64,000 bases of DNA. Source: a virus. Lineage: Duplodnaviria; Caudoviricetes. Where the stretch lies: the IMG/VR virus record IMGVR_UViG_3300028048_000004, positions 6,958 to 70,957 of that record; one strand, given 5' to 3'. Below, one piece after another: positions 44,901-54,192 of the stretch. Every line of letters starts with the position of its first letter. Within the stretch, counting starts at the first letter, position 1. The notes under the pieces are model-generated. The model was not told where the DNA came from. It ran no database searches and was given only the letters and a program-made list of their open reading frames with translations. A program made the position numbers and the translations under genes.

Positions 44901-45716
44901 AGCTATACTTTTTGCAATGAGATATAACTTATCCTTAATATCTTGCCATGGTATGTTATCAAGGGCAGTTTTTAACTTTTCCCCTAACATTCTTCCGATG
45001 TCTGTGAAATCTGCTTTCGCCCATGCCGCTTTAAAGTCAGCGGCAAATTTACTTATAGCATCACCGATTGGAACCGTTGAAAAAGCAGACACTGGAGTAG
45101 TTGTCGTAGCCGGTGATGTGGATGTATCTTCATCATTACGGTCATGTAAAATTACAAGATCATCAAAATGGGTGATTTCCCTATTTAATTCCTTCTGTGC
45201 TTTTGTTTGTTGTTTAGTAGCACTCGTTTGTTTTTTAGTGTTAGCAGTTGACCCCGCTACAGAAGATGCATAGTCTTTTTGTACTGAACCGGCACTAACA
45301 TATTCTTTTCCTGTCAGTGCCGCTATAAATTGTCCAATTTTGGCAACCGCTTCCGCCATTAAATTTATAAACGTTGTCACAGCAGGAGCAACCGTTTCAA
45401 TTATTGGGGCAAACGCCGATGCAAAAGAATTGCGCAATAAATTCAACGATGTCATTATACTTGACATGGCATCATTGAATGGTTGGTTTACCTGTGCTAA
45501 TTCTTCAAATCCCTTAAATAATGCCGTTCTTAACTTACGAATTAAGGCATAAACAGACCTTACGCCAAAACCAATACGGATAGCATTTTTTAATCCTTTA
45601 GAGATAGTTTTTTGTAGATTTCCAATCTGTTTGCTTATACCTGACGAGTCTAGTCCGGCTTTTAAAATGATATCACCATCTACAGGCATGATTAACCTCC
45701 TGTATTTGTGTTCCAC
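41916..45716 (-). CDS. Tape measure protein
   Basis: 1266 aa; Ala/Gly/Trp periodic repeats; MHSPSRV and IHSPSRK motifs. Confidence 0.9.
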   Translation of the reverse strand: MEHKYRRLIMPVDGDIILKAGLDSSGISKQIGNLQKTISKGLKNAIRIGFGVRSVYALIRKLRTALFKGFEELAQVNQPFNDAMSSIMTSLNLLRNSFASAFAPIIETVAPAVTTFINLMAEAVAKIGQFIAALTGKEYVSAGSVQKDYASSVAGSTANTKKQTSATKQQTKAQKELNREITHFDDLVILHDRNDEDTSTSPATTTTPVSAFSTVPIGDAISKFAADFKAAWAKADFTDIGRMLGEKLKTALDNIPWQDIKDKLYLIAKSIATFFNGFLSTPGLFSSIGTTIAQAINSAFTFVESFISNFEWSNLGKAISDLVIGALDNLDWPLIKRTVLELGMGIGEAFRSLFGSESLRQSIFSAAANFGSSLALFLNSLLTPENFAVLGDTLYTTLETAFTVLATFGEKFNWGQFGVSLATGLNSFLQRFSPQRLAAGILTFIHGFHDTLISFLSEVHWYDFGAKLSQLIKDIPWATLLNNIGEVVWSAINAAIETFKGIFNTDNIESPFTTAIDKLQSSINRAASLIDFQTIADGVKAVVDALAPAIEGFGVGFIAVFEALVDIGTDFLVALGPALQKIADAIRTVPPDVLEAIGTALGICAGSLLAFNLVSSAVNLIATFATNLEKLVLPAKNATTALVGGGGGAVGGLAMALGKTVAGLGAFIAVWEANDKKISESQDTYINTTDIWYGLGDALSSTADEAGITYVELLGLLNPISQVASNDGKKFIETMGQVEGSLNKAGISSDSLKSALQSMIDSGAFTSDDLGVLTSYIQQMGNSADTSSQQTSDLQDVFGLFDNVSWTTGLKLALMSGAIKALGDSGSLSDEQTQELQKTLNEYDANPTEKNMAKVQKAFEKTGISSQELATAIATAGITADANTRKEFGKVAQSIMEIAKTGEENAKTGATNIGDGYTKTLESKTGESKKAGEKIVSASIDGMEEEGQMHSPSRVTQKLGGYLAQGLFIGLEQQKSKLVTLVQTIISEMMSTIERTKTQFTNLGRDLMDSLSTGITNNKGKAESASNGVIASMYNSANKLNWWNVGYNIAVGIYNGLFAHSSWLEVLAWNTAVRMYNSACRALGIHSPSRKFAYVGEMITEGMGEGIADNQDNAVNAVTDMTDAMVDEAEKNSPTVALDTSINDWIDKLDDVLTQFSDTIISKFDSMASVFAGLGNISASVPAVAQGKVVPAYATAYGASSEDVSSVKGLLENLTANQLTVEDLRPLLVEMFNEYMNLGWYVGDEQLARHVNNGNLILDRRYSKIK

Positions 45717-46273
45717 ATATCCTTTACTAAATTATCCAGTTCATTTTGCTCAACCGTTTTACTGTTCCATGTAAAGTATTGTGGATTATTTAATTTATAT
45801 TGTCGTTCGTGCTTTTCTAATTTTTTACCCCGCACCATTTTATCACGAATGCTTATAATGGTAGAAATTGGAGACTCACCGATAGCTGTAAAGTATCCCA
45901 TGAACGTCCACCAGTGAATATACTTTTCAGCACGAATTTCTTTGTCTGCCACCTTATTTATAGCAGAACAGATTAGTTGTTCATCTTGTACCCAATCAAT
46001 CAATTTTGGGCTAGGTCTATCATTTACAGAGTCACTACCGCAATTAAAAAAATTGTACATCTCTTTAACTAGAGACTCCAATAGTTCATCTGTAATAGTC
46101 AGGTTTAGGAAATCTGGATAAAAAATGATGAGGGCTGCGAGTAATCTCTCCCGAGCCGTCAGTTCCGCATCTCCTAATGCTTGGAAACAATCTAGGATCA
46201 CTCTATAGTCCCCATCATTTCTAATTCCATATTCCACACCATTAATTTTAACTGATGTTGGAATTGTATACAT
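45692..46273 (-). CDS. Tail assembly chaperone (A118 Gp15-like)
   Basis: IRNDGDYRVIL; YIHWWTFMGYF. Confidence 0.75.
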   Translation of the reverse strand: MYTIPTSVKINGVEYGIRNDGDYRVILDCFQALGDAELTARERLLAALIIFYPDFLNLTITDELLESLVKEMYNFFNCGSDSVNDRPSPKLIDWVQDEQLICSAINKVADKEIRAEKYIHWWTFMGYFTAIGESPISTIISIRDKMVRGKKLEKHERQYKLNNPQYFTWNSKTVEQNELDNLVKDMWNTNTGG

Positions 46274-46276
46274 GAT

Positions 46277-46771
46277 TTATCCTATATATTTAGATGTATG
46301 CTTTTTAACCCTCGCTGAAATCTGGTTCAGTTCTGTAGAAACATCTGTTTCATACAGATTGGAAAGAAGTTCTATGATATGTTCGAACCGGAATTTGCCA
46401 TTAATCGGATCGTACATTGACCCATGCGGTGCGCAAACTTCAGACACGTTAGAGTCAAAAATGTAATCCACAAGTTCTCTCATCCTTGTATCTGCCTCTG
46501 TCAACGCATTAATCAGTTGTGCAGTAGCTTCATCCGTGATAAGATCATAGTTCTCTTCATCCACTTCGATTTCTGGAATTTGCTTAAAAGCATTATTTGC
46601 GAGAGAAACGAGTTGTGGATATGCTTCTTTCAATCTTGCCAGAATATTTAAGTCGGATGTATTCAACTCCAATATTCTGTTATCATCGTGGTCAATCCTA
46701 ATTCGTTTCCTGCGTATAACATCTAAACTGAGATCCTGTATACCATCTGGACTAGATTTTGTCTTTCCCAT
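46277..46771 (-). CDS. Tail assembly chaperone
   Basis: Position between the major tail protein and the Gp15-like gene. Confidence 0.65.
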   Translation of the reverse strand: MGKTKSSPDGIQDLSLDVIRRKRIRIDHDDNRILELNTSDLNILARLKEAYPQLVSLANNAFKQIPEIEVDEENYDLITDEATAQLINALTEADTRMRELVDYIFDSNVSEVCAPHGSMYDPINGKFRFEHIIELLSNLYETDVSTELNQISARVKKHTSKYIG

Positions 46772-46802
46772 TAATAGTTCCTCCTTGTAAAGTAGTTAAT
46801 TA

Positions 46803-47342
46803 TTAATCCGGTGTGAACTCAAAATCATCGGACAGCTTATCAACTGTACCAGTAGTAATCTTATTACTGAAATACACACTGATCGGGAAGTTTACGTTTG
46901 CATCGCCACCAATGCTATTGTAAGTGATTGTACAACCTTCGTGTTTCTCTGTTGCATAGCCGTTTGTAGAATCGCCAACAAATGCTGTAATGATGTACAG
47001 TGTAAACTGGCTCAGTTCAGACAGAGCATTTCTACGTCTGATATCATTCAGCTTTGCACCGAGTTTGGAACCACCAAGGACAAGATACGGATCAAAGTCC
47101 TGTTGCGGCTGAGTTCTGTTAAGGTCGGTATAGTTGATACCAAGAATATCTGTAGTAGTCTCAATGTCCGGGTTGTAATCAATGCTAGAGTCCTCAGTAC
47201 GAGTACCAAGAATTTCTCTCTGCGTAGTGCTAGTGCCAGTTCCACTTTCTGTCCACTCTGCTACTGTAATTAAAAGTTTTCTTTCGGCTCTCTGACCAGT
47301 TGCAAGATTAAATTGCTGAACTGCCATCGTAATTACCTCCAC
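46803..47342 (-). CDS. Major tail (tube) protein
   Basis: LGTRTEDSSIDYNPDIET...DILG; position. Confidence 0.75.
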   Translation of the reverse strand: MEVITMAVQQFNLATGQRAERKLLITVAEWTESGTGTSTTQREILGTRTEDSSIDYNPDIETTTDILGINYTDLNRTQPQQDFDPYLVLGGSKLGAKLNDIRRRNALSELSQFTLYIITAFVGDSTNGYATEKHEGCTITYNSIGGDANVNFPISVYFSNKITTGTVDKLSDDFEFTPD

Positions 47343-47815
47343 ACTTTCTTGCTGATATCCAAATAAGGAATTTCTATTGTGATACTGTATATAGCTAACG
47401 GAGGAGACACTTGATCATCAATCCCATCAAAACTAGGGTTGTCTGTCAAAGTGTCTATATCATCAATGATACAATCTGCTCCGAAGTCCGGGTAGTTGTG
47501 TAACTCTTTCTGTTCTTTTATCCAATCTATCAATGCTTGAATGTCAGACATATCTGACATATTCTCATTGGGATACCCACCAACTTTAACAACCGCAATA
47601 TCTGCCGCAGATTTGTATAAGATAATCGTAAATGAATAAATCTTTAGCACGCTTCCGTCAACATATCGTCTACTTGCATATCTATCACTAACCTGTGTGA
47701 TAAATTGGTTTGTATCATCCTCAACATTGATAAAATTGAAGTACAGAGGACTGTTTTGAATTGTTGGGCATTGGATTATATAGTCTACAACTGCCTGATT
47801 TTTATCTACACTCAT
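47333..47815 (-). CDS. Tail terminator / neck protein
   Basis: Position before the major tail protein. Confidence 0.55.
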   Translation of the reverse strand: MSVDKNQAVVDYIIQCPTIQNSPLYFNFINVEDDTNQFITQVSDRYASRRYVDGSVLKIYSFTIILYKSAADIAVVKVGGYPNENMSDMSDIQALIDWIKEQKELHNYPDFGADCIIDDIDTLTDNPSFDGIDDQVSPPLAIYSITIEIPYLDISKKVWR

Positions 47816-48339
47816 GTATTTAGCCCTCGTTCCTTACACTCGCGCTTCAAATATCGTGTTATTTCAATATTTGCCTTTGCTTTCCAACGCCTATCCTTAT
47901 TAAATAATCTGTCCCAATGATGTCCTGTACCCGGTGTGGTGTATCCAAACGGCCATCCCATCCACTCATTTGCAGGATCATACGGTTGTGTTTTTCTTCC
48001 CGTTGGATGTTTTTTTACTCCAGGTTTGGAATACCAACCAACTATTCTGCCGCCTCTTATAATAGGATAGTTTTTACCATAAATTTCACCTTCGTATTGA
48101 TAAATTCCATAGGCTAATCCGTGTCCCCAAGAAATAGACTCGTATGTAGCAACTGCCGATCTTCTCAATGCGCCGTGATGTTTTGGAACAAAATGATTTA
48201 TATAGTCTTTAAGTATCTCATTGGCTTGTTTTTGAACACGTTTATCATTCAACATCTTCAATAATTTTTGCTGTTTAGTCGTTTTAAATTCCGAAACATC
48301 TATATCAATAACAGATGTGAATGATGTAGCCATATTCAA
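47812..48339 (-). CDS. Neck / minor capsid protein (A118-like)
   Basis: FVPKHHGALRRS...YGIYQY...TPGTGHHW. Confidence 0.6.
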   Translation of the reverse strand: MNMATSFTSVIDIDVSEFKTTKQQKLLKMLNDKRVQKQANEILKDYINHFVPKHHGALRRSAVATYESISWGHGLAYGIYQYEGEIYGKNYPIIRGGRIVGWYSKPGVKKHPTGRKTQPYDPANEWMGWPFGYTTPGTGHHWDRLFNKDRRWKAKANIEITRYLKRECKERGLNT

Positions 48340-48818
48340 ATACCTTTCACATAATAATGTTCGTTACCACGTCCACCTCCGGTATTATCTGCCCATTCTT
48401 GTATTTCCAAACAACCTTGCAATGCTTTATATTTTTTCTTTAAATCAGTTGATCGTTTACCAGAAACATATTCATTAATCTCATCCGTAACTTCTCCCCT
48501 TACGATGATATCACCCTGACTTAAAGTAAAGTATTGAGACATTTTATCATTTGGAATTGCAATCCAATCTGCTTTCTCTCTAAAGAAATCATCTTTTCGA
48601 ATACGACAAATAATATCTTTGGTTTCTAATACAGTATTGCCGACAACAACCTTATCACCTGTATACTTCCAGAATGCTCCATCAATAGTGTGGCGATACC
48701 AAGTAACTAGATTAGTCAGCTTGTCTTCATACCGATTATATACAGTTATTGTGGTATTCCACCATTGCGGATAATTATTCATTTGGATATAGACCCCTGT
48801 ATAACAGATTTTGACCAA
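48336..48818 (-). CDS. Head-closure protein
   Basis: TITVYN...FTLSQGDIIVRGEV; position. Confidence 0.6.
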   Translation of the reverse strand: MVKICYTGVYIQMNNYPQWWNTTITVYNRYEDKLTNLVTWYRHTIDGAFWKYTGDKVVVGNTVLETKDIICRIRKDDFFREKADWIAIPNDKMSQYFTLSQGDIIVRGEVTDEINEYVSGKRSTDLKKKYKALQGCLEIQEWADNTGGGRGNEHYYVKGI

Positions 48819-49197
48819 GTGAATTATAGATTCCTGTTAGATACATTCTAACCGTAGTCTGTAATTCAGTTCCCATAGCATCCACAGCTTCTTTCGCAGA
48901 TAGTGTATTATAAGTGGTAGATACACCATCATTTGATTCACTTGCAATACCGGCTCTTACACTGGTATTAGATTCTGATGGTGTTGCATCCACAATCATT
49001 GCTTGTTGCTTTTCGGCAATCAATGATATCAATTTATACATACATCGTGTAACTGCTTCGGAATACTCAGTTTCTCTATGTAGCCGGTTAAATGTCCACC
49101 AGTCTATTACGGCTCTTGCTTCAAACTCCAGTTGGTTAAAGGTGGTTTCATCTAATGTGCCACCATATTCCTCATACTGATCATATGTCAGATACAT
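48775..49197 (-). CDS. Head-tail connector (adaptor)
   Basis: YLTYDQYEEYGG...SESNDGVSTTY...LLYRG. Confidence 0.75.
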   Translation of the reverse strand: MYLTYDQYEEYGGTLDETTFNQLEFEARAVIDWWTFNRLHRETEYSEAVTRCMYKLISLIAEKQQAMIVDATPSESNTSVRAGIASESNDGVSTTYNTLSAKEAVDAMGTELQTTVRMYLTGIYNSLGQNLLYRGLYPNE

Positions 49198-49224
49198 TAT
49201 AATCCACCACCTTTATCCTAAATA

Positions 49225-50568
49225 TTAGCCAAGAGAGATAATTCTGGCAATCGGAATAGCTTTGATGTCGATGTACTGCTTATTGGAAGCACCACCCGTA
49301 TTAACCAGTTCCCAGTTTGCTCCGTTTGCAAGTTCTGCATTAGTCGGAGACAGTGTAGCCATAACAGCTTTGGTAAAGCTAATACCATAAGGCGCCCAAC
49401 ATTTTCTCTGTCTGTTATACAGAGTATCCTGACCACCGTTGGTCTTCGGATCACGGCTCATTTCTGCCGGAACCTTCGCACCGCAGTTGGTGTACTCAAT
49501 AGAACCATCACCAAGTACAAATGTGGTATAAGATGTATCAACAACAGGGGCAGTAGTTGTAGCTACAGCAGTCTTACCACTGGTAGTTGTAGCTGTCACA
49601 CCGGGAGCGCCTGTTCCATAATGACCAGACTTTTCAGTAAATGTGAGTGTTCCAGAAGATGCGCTAACAGTATACTCATCGCCGTCATATGCACTAGCGA
49701 ATGCAGTTGCAATAGCACTAGCAGAAGTGCTGCCAGATACCACAGTATATTCGACACCTGCAATAGTGAGTGTGTCATTTGCAGCCCATGTACCAGTCAG
49801 AGTAACTGTATAAACACCGGCAGTTGTTTCAACTTTTGCGGTCGGCATACTATCGTCAATCAGTACAAGTCTACCATTCAGTGTAGCCATACCAGTTTCA
49901 CGTTCCATACCGTTCGCATCGTTATATTTAAGATAAACAAGGATCTTCATGTTCTCAAGGTTAGTAGCAACCTTAGAATGCATAATTGCAAGAGAGAACG
50001 CTCCTTTATGATCTCCGCAAGCCTTCTGAATAGCGGTATTAAGTGTGGTGCCGTCCATAACACCAGTCTTGCCTTCGCTATTCTGGATTGCTCTGATATC
50101 ATGAGTATGTGTATCGGCAAACTTAGCACCTTCTACATCGGACATAGAGAAGATACCGGAAAGAATTGCTACAAGAATATCCTGATCAATTTCATCCCAA
50201 TATTCTGCTACTTGCTGTGCTACATTCTCCATGAAATCAACTCCACCTGTGATGTCATAGGAGAAGTCTTTCTCAGTCCACGCTTGCGCTCTACCTACAA
50301 CTACTCTAGAATGACTATAAGTCTGTGTGGTCTGAGATGTAATATTCGTAACACCATCATAGTTGACCGGGACAGAACCACGAATCAGTCCTTTCAGTGG
50401 AGTAGTAAGATAGTTACCACCGACCTGATCTGCCATTGCAGTTGCTAAATCCTGTCTAGATACAACTGCTCTAGATTTAAGCAGTTCATTCAGTTTCAGA
50501 TTCGGTACTCTATCAACGTATCGTTGAAATACTTCGCCGTTAAAAATTTTGCTATCAAACTGCGGCAT
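49225..50568 (-). CDS. Major capsid protein with an internal Thr/Ala-rich insertion
   Basis: FDSKIFNGEVF; GRAQAW; MHSKVATNL; DPKTNGGQDTLY. Confidence 0.85.
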   Translation of the reverse strand: MPQFDSKIFNGEVFQRYVDRVPNLKLNELLKSRAVVSRQDLATAMADQVGGNYLTTPLKGLIRGSVPVNYDGVTNITSQTTQTYSHSRVVVGRAQAWTEKDFSYDITGGVDFMENVAQQVAEYWDEIDQDILVAILSGIFSMSDVEGAKFADTHTHDIRAIQNSEGKTGVMDGTTLNTAIQKACGDHKGAFSLAIMHSKVATNLENMKILVYLKYNDANGMERETGMATLNGRLVLIDDSMPTAKVETTAGVYTVTLTGTWAANDTLTIAGVEYTVVSGSTSASAIATAFASAYDGDEYTVSASSGTLTFTEKSGHYGTGAPGVTATTTSGKTAVATTTAPVVDTSYTTFVLGDGSIEYTNCGAKVPAEMSRDPKTNGGQDTLYNRQRKCWAPYGISFTKAVMATLSPTNAELANGANWELVNTGGASNKQYIDIKAIPIARIISLG

Positions 50569-50584
50569 GTTTTATACCTCCATA

Positions 50585-51229
50585 TTATATATCAAATGTC
50601 GCATCCGGATTTTCGTTTTTCATTCTCATCATTTCGGAGAGTGACAGTTTTCCGGGTTTCGGTTGATTTGTTCCTGCGGCAAATTGCGGTTTCGGATCAG
50701 CAGGAGGAGTCGCTTTTACAAAAGCATCATCATTATCTTTACTGTATATCTGTACAAAATCCTCTGCCCCGATTATCTTGCCGTCTTCAAACTGGAGATT
50801 TTTTGCTAACATCGCATTGGTAAAATCCCTTTTTGCGGCTTTACTTGTAAAAGATTTACTGTTAGCAAACTCTTTTACTGCAAATTCGTATGCTTGCCGT
50901 GCTAATTGTGCTTGATAATCTTTAGTTTCTTTTTCATACTGCTTTTGCAAATCCGCCAAATTTTTAGATGCCTGTTTCAGTGCTTCTAAATCTCCTGCGT
51001 CTTTTAATGTCTGTTGGAGAGTTGCTAAATCCTTATCCCGTGTGGAAATGGTAGTTGTTAAATCAGTAATACGAGTTTCCTTTTGGGCAAGTTCATCGTC
51101 GTATTTCTGTTTAGAAACATACTTACCTTCCGTCAGGTCAACAAATTTTGCGTCTCCCATCGCCGCTTGAAATTGCTCCCATGTAAGAGTGCCATTTTCT
51201 GATTTGTCAAAAAGTTCTTTTACCGTCAT
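50585..51229 (-). CDS. Capsid scaffolding protein (Gp20-like)
   Basis: YVSKQKYD; coiled coil; directly upstream of the MCP. Confidence 0.8.
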   Translation of the reverse strand: MTVKELFDKSENGTLTWEQFQAAMGDAKFVDLTEGKYVSKQKYDDELAQKETRITDLTTTISTRDKDLATLQQTLKDAGDLEALKQASKNLADLQKQYEKETKDYQAQLARQAYEFAVKEFANSKSFTSKAAKRDFTNAMLAKNLQFEDGKIIGAEDFVQIYSKDNDDAFVKATPPADPKPQFAAGTNQPKPGKLSLSEMMRMKNENPDATFDI

Positions 51230-51422
51230 GTTACAATCTCCTTTACATTCATTTATATCTGCTTAACTTGTAAATCCGCAGTCGCAGTTCTGCGTTTAGA
51301 ATGTGCATGGGTTTAAATGTCTTCATGCTAGACTTACAATAATGTGGGCATATAGAAACCATATACCCACATTACCAAGGAGGACTAAGAATGAAAAAAG
51401 ACTTCACCTAATCCATACATAC

Positions 51423-51451
51423 ATTATATAACAGTTTTTACTACATGTAAA
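51423..51451 (-). promoter_or_regulatory. Promoter for the scaffold/capsid operon
   Basis: TTTACA-17-TATAAT followed by a roughly 190-nt leader. Confidence 0.7.
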
Positions 51452-51479
51452 TAGTTTCCATAAATTTTATGTTAATTTT

Positions 51480-52688
51480 TTATATTTTTCTGTATCCCGT
51501 GACAGCGGCACGATCTTTATGAATTGATAATCCACACTGTTTGCTAAATTTATAGTATTCTTTTGTATATCGAATTACTTTTTGCTGCGATATCTTTGCC
51601 CGTTCAATGTCCCTGGACTGTTGAAACACCATCTGTTCATCCTTGGCATACCGTATTTTAGTTTCCATTTGTCTCTGAATTTGAGTACATTCATATAGTG
51701 TTATATGTTTTCCATCTGGTAAAACAAATCCCTTATGATTATCGTCAATAAATTGCTGTAGTTCTTCTGGAGAATATAACGGTTTTGTAACACCAACAAA
51801 AATACTTCTTGCAACGTGTCTGCAATTCCACATTCCAATAACACGTTCTACACCTGTAAATCTTTGTCCATTTATATCTGTAAAATCTTCACTGTTTTGT
51901 AGTTTTTCCCACTCTTCATTTGTGAATTGATGTCCTTGAAACGGTTCGTGATCTAGCGCACAATTAATATGTACACTTAATTCTTTACCGTCCGCTCCAA
52001 GTTCTGCACCAATCATATCTTCGGTTGCTTGCTGTATAGCACGAATGCCTTCTAAAATATTTCTTCTTACTGCTGTATCCAGTCTTTGAGTATAACCGCT
52101 GTCCCACGATAATCTACGAATGCCGCTGTCTGCTAACTGTTTTAAAGTTCTTCGCATAGCCGTTCTATAGTCTACAACACCGCTTGCGCTTGCTTGAATT
52201 GCTTCGTCAATTACAGATTGATATGTATTGTCTATAGTTTGAAATCTTAACACTCCGGGATGCTGTAAATCACGAATTAAAAATCCAGTTGCTCTTGAGT
52301 GGGAAAGATTTTCGTATGTCCCGGCAGTTCTATCACCAACAATTTTAACCATATTCTGCAATCTTGTATTCTTTTCATAGGGAATAAACGATTTGTGTCT
52401 GTAATCATATAATGGTTTTGCATCAAGATTTGTTTTAACCGCTACCGTTTTTATTGTAGATTTTATCTCTCTTACTTGCACACCAGACAATCGTGCTAAT
52501 TCTGCATTCATTTCCCGAATGTCAGTACCATACTCTACAAGTAATTTTAGGCGATTGATTTCAGAGGGAGATATGGTGCCTATCTCCCTCACACTTTGCG
52601 CTATCTTAGTAATAACATAGGTATTTATTGCTTCTTGTCTATTTACTATTGGTTGTACTAATTTATCAAGTGTGCTTTCACTTAACAT
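51480..52688 (-). CDS. Minor capsid protein (A118 gp4 / min_cap2-like)
   Basis: LDTAVRRNI; HINCALDHEPFQG; WNCRH. Confidence 0.8.
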   Translation of the reverse strand: MLSESTLDKLVQPIVNRQEAINTYVITKIAQSVREIGTISPSEINRLKLLVEYGTDIREMNAELARLSGVQVREIKSTIKTVAVKTNLDAKPLYDYRHKSFIPYEKNTRLQNMVKIVGDRTAGTYENLSHSRATGFLIRDLQHPGVLRFQTIDNTYQSVIDEAIQASASGVVDYRTAMRRTLKQLADSGIRRLSWDSGYTQRLDTAVRRNILEGIRAIQQATEDMIGAELGADGKELSVHINCALDHEPFQGHQFTNEEWEKLQNSEDFTDINGQRFTGVERVIGMWNCRHVARSIFVGVTKPLYSPEELQQFIDDNHKGFVLPDGKHITLYECTQIQRQMETKIRYAKDEQMVFQQSRDIERAKISQQKVIRYTKEYYKFSKQCGLSIHKDRAAVTGYRKI

Positions 52689-53053
52689 TACTGCTCACCT
52701 TCTGGTGTTACTTCTTCTTCCGGTTCTACAATAACTTCCGGTTCTGGCACGGGTGTCATATCCGGGAACGCACCCCGGCTGTCTCGCCGAACCTGTCTGC
52801 CTGCTGCTGTGGTGAGAGTGACAGACCACATGGCGCGGTTTCCTGCGTTGAGGAAAGCACTGACACGGCTGTAAAATTCAGCCTGTGCGACTTCGAGGGC
52901 TCTAGCTTCGTCACCGTTGGGGTTTTCTTCTGTGGCGTTATAGTTGCGGCTGTCGTACTGTTTCGGGTATCCGTCTACAGTGGAGAATACTCCTTCGGGA
53001 TGACTGGAACTCACGACAACCTGTTTTGCATCTACTATGAATATGTTTCGCAT
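52688..53053 (-). CDS. Hypothetical fibre-associated protein
   Basis: GC-richer module; P/E-rich tail. Confidence 0.55.
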   Translation of the reverse strand: MRNIFIVDAKQVVVSSSHPEGVFSTVDGYPKQYDSRNYNATEENPNGDEARALEVAQAEFYSRVSAFLNAGNRAMWSVTLTTAAGRQVRRDSRGAFPDMTPVPEPEVIVEPEEEVTPEGEQ

Positions 53054-53066
53054 GGTATGCTCCTTT

Positions 53067-54113
53067 CTAATGCGTCCAGAATTTTACTTCTGCGCTGTCT
53101 GCATCTGAATATATGTTATTGATGCCTTTTAGAGTTTTGATTTGGGCTGGGGTGAGAGAATAGTGGATTGGTTCTTTGATCATATACACAATCGTAAGCG
53201 GAGTACCATTATCATACTGGTCTTTGCAAAACTGTTTCCATCCGCTTTGGTCATATATGTTCCCATCAAAAGTACAGCTTCGTTCATTGTACATTACTCC
53301 GATTTTCCCACGACCATATGGCGCATATGGGTAGTGTGAACAATATCCTTTGTAAGGCCATGCCGCTACTAATGATGGGTTTGCTATAATCCACGAGCCT
53401 GTAGTATAGAATGTTTCGTCACCCGTAAATGTATAGCCAGTGCACTCAGCCACCAACTCCCCACTCACCAAGTCCACATACCCACCATAAAATGTGCCTT
53501 GCTGTGTCCATGAGATGGGGAAGGTTGAAGCGGTGTAGGGATGATACTGCGTGTCGGTTGATGGGTAATTGATTGAAATACGATCGTATCTTGTACCGCC
53601 CTGCATTTTTATTAGCATATAGCTTGTACCGTCAAGCGTTTTGAATACCTTGTTTGCGGTATTATTACCACTCCCAATATCAATAGGTCTCATTCTTCCT
53701 ATGAAGTTTTTATCAAAATCATAAGCATATGCCCATAATCCACCACCGCCAACAACATCTGCAAAACTTGCGTAATAATTGGTATTTTGTTTTACTGGAA
53801 TATAATTTGCTGACCGCACCTGACTTGCAGATATTTTTTCCCCCGTAGTATCATCAATGCCGCCATTTTCCATTTCTCCATCCCAAATATTAACGCCTGA
53901 CCGATAAATCGTCACCCCATCCCATCCGCTTATAGGTCTGATGTTCGTAGGCGAAGGATCACCACTCCCAGACTGTTTCGGCAGGAAATTTATCTTGCAT
54001 CCCTTCAGCGGTGCAATCATGTCGGTTTTGAAATTCGCCACACCGCCCGATGCTGTCTCGATGTGAGGTGTATTCAGCAAAATTCGCCGCCTTGCGTCCA
54101 TTACGTTGCCCAT
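53067..54113 (-). CDS. Fibre/structural beta-rich protein
   Basis: QSGSGDPSPTNIRPISGW; YGGYVDLVSGEL; LKGINNIYSDA. Confidence 0.55.
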   Translation of the reverse strand: MGNVMDARRRILLNTPHIETASGGVANFKTDMIAPLKGCKINFLPKQSGSGDPSPTNIRPISGWDGVTIYRSGVNIWDGEMENGGIDDTTGEKISASQVRSANYIPVKQNTNYYASFADVVGGGGLWAYAYDFDKNFIGRMRPIDIGSGNNTANKVFKTLDGTSYMLIKMQGGTRYDRISINYPSTDTQYHPYTASTFPISWTQQGTFYGGYVDLVSGELVAECTGYTFTGDETFYTTGSWIIANPSLVAAWPYKGYCSHYPYAPYGRGKIGVMYNERSCTFDGNIYDQSGWKQFCKDQYDNGTPLTIVYMIKEPIHYSLTPAQIKTLKGINNIYSDADSAEVKFWTH

Positions 54114-54192
54114 CGGGAATCACCGCCCTTCCTGCTTCCACAGTAAAACGAACACCAACAACACGGAAGTCCTGTTACACCGCATATATACA

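Noticed and set aside
45692-46771. Programmed frameshift between tail chaperones
   Set aside because: The two ORFs are separate, each with its own start (A118 gp14/gp15-like), and I saw no convincing slippery heptamer at the junction.
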